Positions 55,075 to 64,000 of a stretch of 64,000 nt of DNA are shown one piece after another. The notes below the pieces were generated by a model that did no database searches, was not told the origin of the DNA, and saw only the letters and a program-made list of their open reading frames with translations. The stretch is from Emiliania huxleyi CCMP1516 (taxonomy: Eukaryota). Where the stretch lies: positions 174,736 to 238,735 of the forward strand of contig NW_005201391.1 in NCBI RefSeq assembly GCF_000372725.1, written 5' to 3'. How positions within the stretch are numbered: the stretch's first letter is position 1; the number at the start of each line of letters is the position of its first letter. Made by a program: the position numbers and the translations under genes.

Positions 55075-56231
55075 GCTGACACGGCCGGGCGCGCCGCTCG
55101 CCGCTGCCGACGCCGTCGAGGGGGCTGCGGTGGCGGTCTACTTCTCGGACGTGTCGCGCTGGTGCCGCGGCTCGAGCGTGTCCAAGACTGCGACGGGGAG
55201 GAGCTGCTCTTGTCGACCCTCTCCCCTCCCTCCCTTGTAGGTACCGCGGCGAGGTGGCTTCCGTCAACAACGACGGCACCTTTGGCGTGGGGCGTACGAG
55301 CTGTGAAGAGACGCTGTGTTCACACCTGCAGCTGTGAGCAGGCACCTTTGGCGTGGCGTACGAGGACGGCGACGAGGAGGAGGCGGTGCCGCTGGCGGAG
55401 CTCTTTCATCCAGCGGCTGAGGCTGGGAGGCCCGCCCACTCCGACGAGCAGAGGCTGACGGCGGCCCGAGAGAGGTGTGTGTCCGAGACCACGTCGCACA
55501 TTATACTATGTGGTCGCGCAGTTGGACCAACCGATGCGCCGGGCTTCGAGAGCGAGGCGGCAGACGCCGACAGTGGGGTTTCGGCTCGCGGGACGTCGTC
55601 AAGGAGACGACTTGTCGGCTGGCGGACGGGTTATCGAGGCCCCTCGTGGACGGGTTATCGAGGCGTCTACAAGCATGGGAATAAGTACCGCGCGCGCCTG
55701 GACGTCCCGGGCGGGGAGGGGGAAGGGGGAGGGAAGTCCCGCTACGTCGGCAGCTTCGACACGGTCGAGGAGGCGGCAGCGGCGCGGGCTGCGGCCGCTG
55801 AGGAGCAGCGGCGGAGCGATGAAGCTGCGCGCGCGCCCAGGCTGGCTCGGCAGGCGGAGGCGGCACGCCAGCAGGCCATAAGCGAGGGGCTGCAGCTTGA
55901 GCCGTCGAGCTCGAACACGAGCACAGGCTTCCGCGGCGTGGTTGTGTATGACGCGGGCAAGCGCTCACTCAGAACGTGCTACCGCGCTTACAATGCCATG
56001 CATTGGCAACATCGCGGGGCGGACGACCATGCTGGCCAGAATGCACAATGGATCTCGGGCACGTTTGAGACGGTGGAAGAAGCCGCGCTCGCTTACGCGC
56101 GTAGCCGCGCGATGGCCAAGATCGCGAAGCAGGGGCAGGATCGGAGGTTCAAAAGCTGTAAATCATATTGGAGGGGTGGGGGTGGGAGGGGCGGGGGTGG
56201 GAGGGGCGCTAAAATAAATGGACGTGCGTAA
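54617..56231 (+). CDS. RING finger + RanBP2-type zinc finger + polyQ + Tudor-like + two AP2 domains
   Basis: CPICWDTF..PVLTPCGHRFCEAC..CPSCR; WNCRGCTLANPAAAERCATC; polyQ run; SRW|YRGEVASVNND|GTFGVAYEDGDEE after removing introns 55162-55240 and 55276-55341; TGYRGVYKHGNKYRARL..YVGSFDTVEEAA and TGFRGV..GTFETVEEAALAYAR. Confidence 0.85.
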
Positions 56232-57227
56232 TTCCCGTAAAAGAACAGGGCGTGTAATTTATGTGGCGAGATATATTGGTGCAATACAAAATCTGTTAGT
56301 GTTAGTGAGTTAGCTGTTACTTATAAACTCGTGTCGTGCAGCAGAACCAATCTCCACAGAAAGAACGGTTACGGCCGGATACGTAGGCCGGATCTAGTCG
56401 AGATCTCGATGTCCTCCACCGTGGGTGGGAAGCGCCAGGCTGCTGTAAGAGGCCCCCTCCCCGGCTGAAGAATGCCTTCTCCGCCGCCATCGCCGCGTGC
56501 CACAAATCAGACAACTCAAGCGCCGGGATTGGCGGATTGCGTGCCACAAATCAGACAAGCGCCGGGGTTGATCGACACTGTTGTGATATACAGAGTGTGC
56601 GAAGGTGGGAGGGAGCGCCTCGCATTCACGGACGGGAGCTCGAGAAGGAATATCCGGGGTGTGCGGGAATCCTCAAGAGTTTTTTTGCCGCGGGGCGCGC
56701 GAGGCGTGCCCAGACAGGACCGACGGCCAAGACCGTCCAGGCCTGTGCGCACTGACCACAGCACCCCATGCCCCGCCTCGGCGGAGCTCTCGGTGCGGGT
56801 GTGTTAATCCCAGCTCGGGTTTGTCGGATCCGGCTTTTCTTTTTTGAGAGCACGCATAATGACCGCGCAAGATATGAAGGGTGGCTAAGGGCTCTGGAGC
56901 AGGCGCACATCGCTTCCAGGGAGGGGGGCGTGCTTCTACTCACACCACATGCTAGGGGGGGGGGGGGCTCCAGCTGACACTGCGAATGGGTTGGCGGTCC
57001 GCAAGCGGGAAGATGGCGGTTTCATTGATTGCCGTGCCCGCTGCGAGNNNNNNNNNNNNNNNNNNNNNNNNNNNNNNNNNNNNNNNNNNNNNNNNNNNNN
57101 NNNNNNNNNNNNNNNNNNNNNNNNNNNNNNNNNNNNNNNNNNNNNNNTCCCCCCAGCGAGAGGTAATCGCGAGCCGGCCTAATCCAGTAACCGAGCACTC
57201 TCCGATGACGATGCGTTCGGCGCTCAC

Positions 57228-57232
<5 letters not shown>

Positions 57233-57308
<76 letters not shown>

Positions 57309-57344
57309 GTGAGAGAGAGAGAGAGAGAGCTGAGCGAGCTGACA

Positions 57345-57388
<44 letters not shown>
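57233..57388. repeat. (GA)n microsatellite, interrupted
   Basis: Long GA dinucleotide runs. Confidence 0.95.
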
Positions 57389-57390
<2 letters not shown>

Positions 57391-57657
57391 CCGGCCTCCG
57401 CGGTTTGAGCTTTGACGGATGACGCCCCCTCTCCACTCTCGCGGCATTTTTGTCATTCTCCCCCGCTTTTCCTTCACAGATGGGGAGCCAGTACGCCGAG
57501 CAGCCCGAAAGCTGCACGCGGAGAGCCCAGAGCCAGACCACCCCGATGCCTCTCTCTACCCGCCGGCGAGGGTGATGTGTGGTACATCTCGCGCCTACCT
57601 CGCGAGAGTGGCGCCCCCCGTGCCCGCACCCGCACCCCCCCCCCTTTTGCCTCTCCC

Positions 57658-60600
57658 TCACGTCGCCGCCCCACCCACCTTGTCTTGCACGGCACATGCG
57701 ACGGCCTGGCAGCGCGCGTCGTTCGCGCTCGCAACCGCCACCGCCGCAGCCGCGGCGGCACCCTCGACGTTGCGGCGCACGGGCGGGAGTGGAGGCATGG
57801 CGAGGCGCGGCGCGGCGTTCCACGGTGGGTCGGCGCTGGGCCGCGCCACCGCCGCCGCCGCTGCCGCTGCCGCCGCCGCCGCCGACGCCACCGACGCCGC
57901 CGCCGCCGCTGCCTCGAGGCCCATGGGGGGGGGCGCCTGGACGCGAAGTGCGCGGTCGGGGTCACGGGATTGTGCAGTGTGCTCACGGAATCGCGTGGCT
58001 GTGAGCACAGCTCAAGACGGCAGGTGGCAGTTGGGCCCTTCTGTGCGTGTGCCCTCTCGAGAGCTTGTTGGAATGCACGCATCTGCATTCCGGAGACAGC
58101 ATCTAGGGGCGGTCCGCCGGCGTACGCAGTGGCGGCATCGCGTCGGGCGGGGACGCTCCCGGCCCGCGGCTCTCCTACATCGCAAGGTTGGGGGGGAGGC
58201 TCTCGGGAGGCGTCCGGGAAGGGCCTGGAGGAGGCTAGCCGCCCGCGGCTCGCCTCGAGCCCCCGCCCGCTGTTTGGCAGCGTCGTGTTTGGGAAGACCT
58301 GAGCAATGCCGCAAGCGCTCCGACGGGAGCCGAGACGGCCGAGATGAGATGCCATGCGTCGAGATGACAGACGAGAGAAGCCGGGAGATGCGCCGAGATG
58401 CGCCGAGATGCGCCGAGATTAGCCGCGCCCGGAAGATGCCGCTCGCCGGCGACGCCGACACGGGGACCGCACAGCGCGAGGCGACGAGCAGCCGCTGCGG
58501 GGTGCCGGGAAGGACGGAGAGCGTGGAGTCGACGATCAGCGGCGTGGCGGCGCCGCTGACGGCGACGCGATGCACCACGCGTGCCGCGCATGCCGGGGCG
58601 TCCACTGCGCTGCCGCTGCCCGACGCGGCGGCGAGGAGGGCGCGTGCGGTCTGCACGAAGGCAACGTGCTCGTCGGCGTGGAGCACCCGCAGCAGCGACA
58701 CGCCCGATAGCTCGGCGGGCGAGAAGCCGAACGGGCGCGGCGTGAGGCAGCCGGAGATTGCGAGGTCGGGCTGCACCACGAGCACCTGGCGCGAGATTAG
58801 GCGAGATTAGGCGAGATTGGCAGAGATCGACTCGAGAGTGGCCGAGGTGGGGCGCTGCGCCGCAAGCACACCGAGCAGCCCGTCGCAGCGAGCACCTCGA
58901 GGGCGGCGGGAGTGATGCCCGACACCGCCTCACCGCCCGGGTGCGCGCCGCTGGGCAGCAGCTGCTGCCGCCCCCCTCCGGCCGGCTTTGGCGGCGCGCG
59001 CGGCGGCGGAGGGACGGCGGCGGCGCCGCTCACAGCGTGCGCCCCGGATCGCTGCCGCACCAGCAGCCGCACGTCCGAGCTTTGCGCGTCGGGGCGCTCG
59101 CCTAGTGGACATGTCTCGGCCATGTCTCGGGCATGCCATGTCTCGGGCATGTCTCGGCCATGTCTCGGCCATGTCGGGCGCGGTCCAGAGTGTGTCCTCC
59201 GTGTTCCGCATCTGAGGAGCCGCTCACGCCGTGCGCGCGTGCGCTTCCTCCTCCTCCTCTCCTCCCACTACTCCTACTTCTTCCGCATCTGGGGGGCGCT
59301 CGCCGCGAGTGCGTCGGCGTGCGTCGACGTGGATGGGAGGCGAGGTGAGGCAGGCGAGGGCCTGGGCCTGGTGCAAAGAGGGGTGTGCGTGGTGGAGGCA
59401 GGGGGGCAAGGGTGAGGGGTGTGTGGCAGAGGGAGGGAGGGAGGGAGGGAGGGAGGGAGGGAGGGAGGGAGGGAGGGAGGGAGGGAGGGAGAGGAGAAGT
59501 TAGATGGAGGGAGGGAGGGAGAGAGGAGCGGGGAGAGAGAGGAGGAGAGAGGAAGAGAGGGAGAGTCTAAGGGAGAGGGCCGACGTCCGAGGCGAGGTGA
59601 GGCAGGCGAGGGCCTGTGCGCCGCCCTCGCCCGGCTCGGCGCCCTGCAGCGGCGCGGCGAGGACGGTGACGAGGAGGTGGAAGGGGCGGTTGCCGCAGTT
59701 GAAGGACGTCTGCGTGAGCAGCAGCGACGAGAAGTTGGCCTCGAACAGCGCACCTGGAGAAAGCCGGGGGGGGGGGGGGGGGGCTTGAAAGGGCAAGGGC
59801 GTGTGCCCGGAAAAACTCGGCTCTTGGCTGGTCTCGTCTGAGCTCGGCTCATCTCGGGTGATCTCGGCTTGAGCTCGGCTGATCTCGGCTTGAGCTCGGC
59901 TGATCTCGGCTTGAGCTCGGCTGATCTTGGCTTGAGCTCGCACCCGAGGACGCGGTCAGCCGCTGCACGCAGTCGCCCGACAGGCCCTGCGGTAGGCAGC
60001 AGTGGTACTGGTGGGACTCGACGAGGCGGAGCGGTAGATGGGGCGATCGCCGCTCATGTTGGGGCGGGCTGTGTAGCGTGCCCTGCGGCGGTACAGGGGG
60101 CCTGCCTGGGCCGGGAAGGGGGCGGGTCGCACCTGGTCGTGCAGCTCCGAGTCTCCCGCAACCAGAGTGCCACATGAGATCATCGCGAGCAGCGGGCGGT
60201 CGAGGGGCACGCCGGCGCCGACGTCGACCGACACAAAGATGCGCGGCAGCGACCACTTCTTGTGCCACATCCAGCGCGACCGCTCGCGCCAGTACAGGAG
60301 AGGCGTCTGCAGCCGCACCGTCACCGTCAGGTCCGAGTCGCACTCCTGCCCCGTGATCACCGCGCCGCCCGGCATCGCCTTGAGCGGGCAGTAGCAGCGC
60401 GCCTGGGAGCACCGTGATGTTGCTGGTGCGGAGAGGGCATCGGGCAACGTGGCAAAGGCATGGGGTCAGCGGTGACGGAGGACGGAAATGTCTCGGAAGT
60501 GTCAACGCGCGCCCACTCAAAGGGCAAGTCGGCGTCGCTCGCCGCCGTGCTCGCGGCGGCGTCGGCGGTGGTCGCCCCGCCCGAATGCCCCGGCATCGGC

Positions 60601-60848
60601 ACAGGCGGCGAGGCCAGCTCGGCCATCACAACGTCGGCGCCCGGCCTCGGCGCTCCCGGAGGATCGGTGCCGGTGACGGTGGCGAGGACGGTCGGCTGCA
60701 GCGTTGGGTACATCGCTCGCTGCTGCGCCCCACCGGCGAGGGTGGCGAGGATCTCGCCGATCGTGATCTGCTGCCGGCTAGTCTCGGAGACCGAGTTGGC
60801 AGCGATCGCGGTCGGATCCTGGGGAGTGGAGCGGCATGTGGCTCTCAT
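57658..60848 (-). CDS. Multi-exon putative transcription factor: beta-rich (CudA/STAT-like?) domain + PAS domain
   Basis: Exons WMWHKKWSLPRIFVSV.., GLSGDCVQRL, FEANFSSLLLTQTSFNCGNRPFHLLVTV, LACLTSPPIHVDARRRTR|GERP; PAS-like LVVQPDLAISG..FGFSPAELSGVSLLRVLHADEHVAF. The 3' end is uncertain. Confidence 0.6.
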
Positions 60849-61276
60849 GAGCTGGTACGCGGCGCGATGCGTGGCGCCGAGTGGCGCGCTGTTGGGAGGG
60901 AGAGATCAGGAGGATTGGAGTTGGCGGAGGCACCTTGTTCGGTGAGGAGGAGGGAAGTGGCGACTGGAGAAGGCCGGTCGGCATCGTGTCGTTTGGGAAC
61001 CCTTTGCACACCGGTACACCCCCAAAAGAAAGAAAAAAAAGCCGCCCGGAGGAGGACTCTGCTGACATTCGTGTTTTTCGCACGAAGGCCCCGAAACTCT
61101 CGAAACAACTCGCAGCGCGCAGGTGTGTGTTCTTTTTGCTTGGCCGGACGTCATGACAGGGTAGGTAGGGTAGGTCTGGGCCCTCCCGTCGGTCGGGGTC
61201 CTCTCTTCACGCCGGAATTTTCCAGCAGAAAAAGAAAATTTCCGCCGCAATCACGATGTCAACCCTCCCCAAAGCC

Positions 61277-62755
61277 TCAAACACCCATGGGACAATAAGA
61301 TGAGATTGCCAGATGGGCGTGCGGCCGCCACGCCTCGACCTTCTTGGGCAGCAGCTGGTTCAACAGGTCCTCTCCGTGGCCTAGGCAGCCGCGTGCACCG
61401 TTGCCCCAGGTAAAGACGGCGCCGTCGGCGGTAATGGCGAGACTGTGGAAGTTCCCCGCCGACACAGCGACGACGCGCTGGCCAGCCAAGGCCTCGACCT
61501 GCTTGGGCAGCAGCTGGCGCTGCTGGTCGCCCTGGCCCAACTGGCCATCTTCGCCAAGGCCCCAGCTCCAGACAGCTCCGTCGGCGGTGAGGGCGAGACT
61601 GTGGAAGTTCCCCACCGACACAGCGACGACGCGCCGCCCAGCCAACGCCTCGACCTTCTTGGGCAGCAGCTGGTACTGCTGGTTGCCGTGGCCCAACTGG
61701 CCCCCGCCTCCAGCGCCCCAGCTCCAGACGGCGCCGTCGGCGGTGATGGCGAGGCTGTGAGTAAAGCCAGCCGACACAGCGAGGACGCGCTGGCCAGCCA
61801 AGGCCTCGACCTTCTTGGGTAGCAGATGGTTCTGCCAGTCGCCGTGGCCCAACCGGCCATCGCCTCCCCAGCCCCAGCTCAAGACAGCGCCGTCGGCGGT
61901 GAGGGTGAGGCTGTGCGGACCTCCAGCCGACACAGCGACGACGCGCCGCCCAGCCAAGGCCTCGACCCTCTTGGGCAGGAGCTGGTTCTGACGGTCGCCG
62001 TGGCCCAGCTTGCCATAGCCTCCATCGCCCCAGCTCCAGACGGCTCCGTCGGCGGTGAGGGCGAGGTTGTGCACCTCTCCAGCCGAGACAGCGACGACGC
62101 GCCGCCCAGCAAAGGCCTCGATCTTCTTGGGCAGCAGCTGGATCTGCCAGTCGCCGTGGCCCAACCGGCCTTGCCCTCCATAGCCCCAGCTCCAGACAGT
62201 GCCGTCGGCGGCGAGGGCAAGGCTGTGGCCGGGGGCAGCCGACACGCTCATGGCGCGCTCGCCGCCCAGAGGCGAAGGGAGGAGGGTCGGCGTGTTGAGC
62301 TGCGTCACTCCCTCGCCGTGCCCGAGCAGCCCTGGCAGCCAGCTCTCAGCCTTTCCGCACGACGAGAGCCGCCCCTCGCCGTCGATGAAAAGGTTGTGCC
62401 GATCGCCTGCTGCTGCCCTCGCCGGCGGGTTGGACTCGCACAGCAGCGCAGCGAAGCACAGCCACCGCACGGTGCAGCCCTCGCCCTCTGGCTGCGCAGG
62501 CAGCACGTAGCCGCGCTCTTGCGCCCACAAGCGGATGCCCTCCACCGCAAGCGAGGCGTGAAAGAGGAGCGAGATGGCCGCAGCGCGAGCGATGTCGACG
62601 GGGCTTTTGCAGCGAGAGAGGGCGCGCGCGAGGAGCTCCGTGGGGAGGTCGAGGAGGCGGGGGGGCGGCGGCGTGTCTGGCGAGGGAGCGGCGGTGGAGG
62701 CGGAGGCGGAGGCGAGGCGGCGCGAGCGGCGCGAGCGGCGCGGCGGGGTGGACAT
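61277..62755 (-). CDS. F-box-like + RCC1-repeat (beta-propeller) protein
   Basis: RLLDLPTELLARAL at the N-terminus; ~7 repeats of VSAG..HSLALTADGAVWSWG.G..G.LGHGD..QLLPKKVEAL; ATG at 62755; intronless. Confidence 0.92.
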   Translation of the reverse strand: MSTPPRRSRRSRRLASASASTAAPSPDTPPPPRLLDLPTELLARALSRCKSPVDIARAAAISLLFHASLAVEGIRLWAQERGYVLPAQPEGEGCTVRWLCFAALLCESNPPARAAAGDRHNLFIDGEGRLSSCGKAESWLPGLLGHGEGVTQLNTPTLLPSPLGGERAMSVSAAPGHSLALAADGTVWSWGYGGQGRLGHGDWQIQLLPKKIEAFAGRRVVAVSAGEVHNLALTADGAVWSWGDGGYGKLGHGDRQNQLLPKRVEALAGRRVVAVSAGGPHSLTLTADGAVLSWGWGGDGRLGHGDWQNHLLPKKVEALAGQRVLAVSAGFTHSLAITADGAVWSWGAGGGGQLGHGNQQYQLLPKKVEALAGRRVVAVSVGNFHSLALTADGAVWSWGLGEDGQLGQGDQQRQLLPKQVEALAGQRVVAVSAGNFHSLAITADGAVFTWGNGARGCLGHGEDLLNQLLPKKVEAWRPHAHLAISSYCPMGV

Positions 62756-62873
62756 CGCGAAGAAAAGAATTCCGCGCCCACGAACGCCGCCGCCCTCGCC
62801 CGGGGAGTTGGGCACGGGATCGCCGCCCGCGGAGTCAACGGGATCAGGCAAAGAAGACGAGACGACGGCGGGG

Positions 62874-62995
<122 letters not shown>

Positions 62996-64000
62996 CCACG
63001 GCCGAAGAAGCAGAAGAGGGGGGGAGAGCTCCGCACCTGTCGCCGAACCAGCGGAAAGCGCGCGCGGCCGGGGCAGAGGCAGTGGCAGTGAGAGCTAGAG
63101 AGCGGAGAGCGGTTCCAGCCAGTGATCAGTTAGTATATATATTTGCAGACATGGGTGCGAAACAACGAGAAGACCAAGGCAAGGGCAGAGGAGAGAGAGA
63201 AGAATATAGGATGGATAAAGCGCCTGTTCACGGCATGGAGGGTGAGCCACGATGAACGTAATGAACGTAGAGCCGAACGGGAGGAAGCCGGGGAAGAAGA
63301 CTCCGAGGAAGACGAAACACCAGTGGTAATCCCGTCGTCAGCTGTAACGATGCACCCGAAGGGGACCCCAGCGCCAACATCATCCGTGGAGGTACAAGTG
63401 TTCGAAGAGATGAGAGTGGACCTGAGCAACGATATGACTTGGCGGCAAATGATCGCAGTGGGCGTCACAAGAGTCGTCCTTGCGCGAGGAGAGCTCGATA
63501 AACTCGAGGGGCCGAAATATGCCGCGAGGAGGGCAGAGTTGCGCCGAAAGGCGGGAGAAGCCGCGAGAGCAAGGGATCGGCAGGCGGCGGCGGCGTCGCC
63601 GGACGAGGCAGACGAGAGCGACGCGACAGAGGAGGAAGCGACAGGAGGGAGAACGACGAGAGTGGGACGACCGCCAAGTCGTGGGGTCCAGACTCACACG
63701 AGACTCACACACGGCCGGCGCCAAGCGCGCGTAACCACCGAGCCGCTCTCCGCCGCCGCTCCTCGCCACCAACCATGATGGTGCGTGACTCGTTCACCCC
63801 CCTCCCCTCACTACGACCAGCCCTCTCACCCACCACGCCTCGTCGCCGCGCCTTTCTTTTTGTGTGTGCGGCGGCGCCGACGCCCGAGTCCAGACGCCCG
63901 CCAACGCTCGCTCGCCGCCCCGATCACACAATCTCCCCAGCGACGTTCTCCCTGCCCAGCGCTCCCGCCGCCGGCGCTGGCTCGTCAGCTCCCCCCCGAC

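Noticed and set aside
61330..62330. ~156-bp periodic repeats as a CRISPR-like or non-coding array
   Set aside because: They are coding RCC1 repeats with no unique spacers.
63143..63778. 211-aa charged ORF
   Set aside because: Non-ATG ORF start (first ATG at 63151), no recognisable domain and low complexity. Left uncalled.

Overview
Eukaryotic, very GC-rich, intron-containing genomic DNA with ten N-gaps. Frequent GC-AG introns, 10-11-mer tandem repeats inside introns, multi-AP2 proteins and a nuclear-encoded plastid-type sigma factor point to a haptophyte alga such as Emiliania/Gephyrocapsa huxleyi (inference). About 19 protein-coding loci can be supported: amidohydrolase (lesioned), ASCH fusion, PAS/LOV-like protein, IMPDH, PBZ-finger protein, trefoil/Ser-Pro4 glycoprotein, LpxD, POFUT2-like, AP2 pseudogene, GH27, sigma70, DUF3500-like, NAD(P)-binding protein, Sel1/HRD3-like, FLZ finger, RelA/SpoT homologue, RING-RanBP2-Tudor-AP2, a PAS-containing putative transcription factor and F-box/RCC1. 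Mobile DNA is dense: three TIR elements with readable TSDs, an RT-deleted RLE-type non-LTR retroelement with a nested insertion, tRNA-SINE-like copies and short retro-tail remnants. The top candidates for novelty are (1) a RelA/SpoT homologue with a degenerate HD domain, an intact (p)ppGpp synthetase, an in-frame RRM between synthetase and TGS, and C-terminal hydrophobic helices, and (2) a recurrent pattern in which an intron's 5' end is a copy of the start of the next exon, suggesting duplication-driven intron gain. All domain calls come from motif recognition by eye, not database searches, and exon boundaries are hand-predicted.
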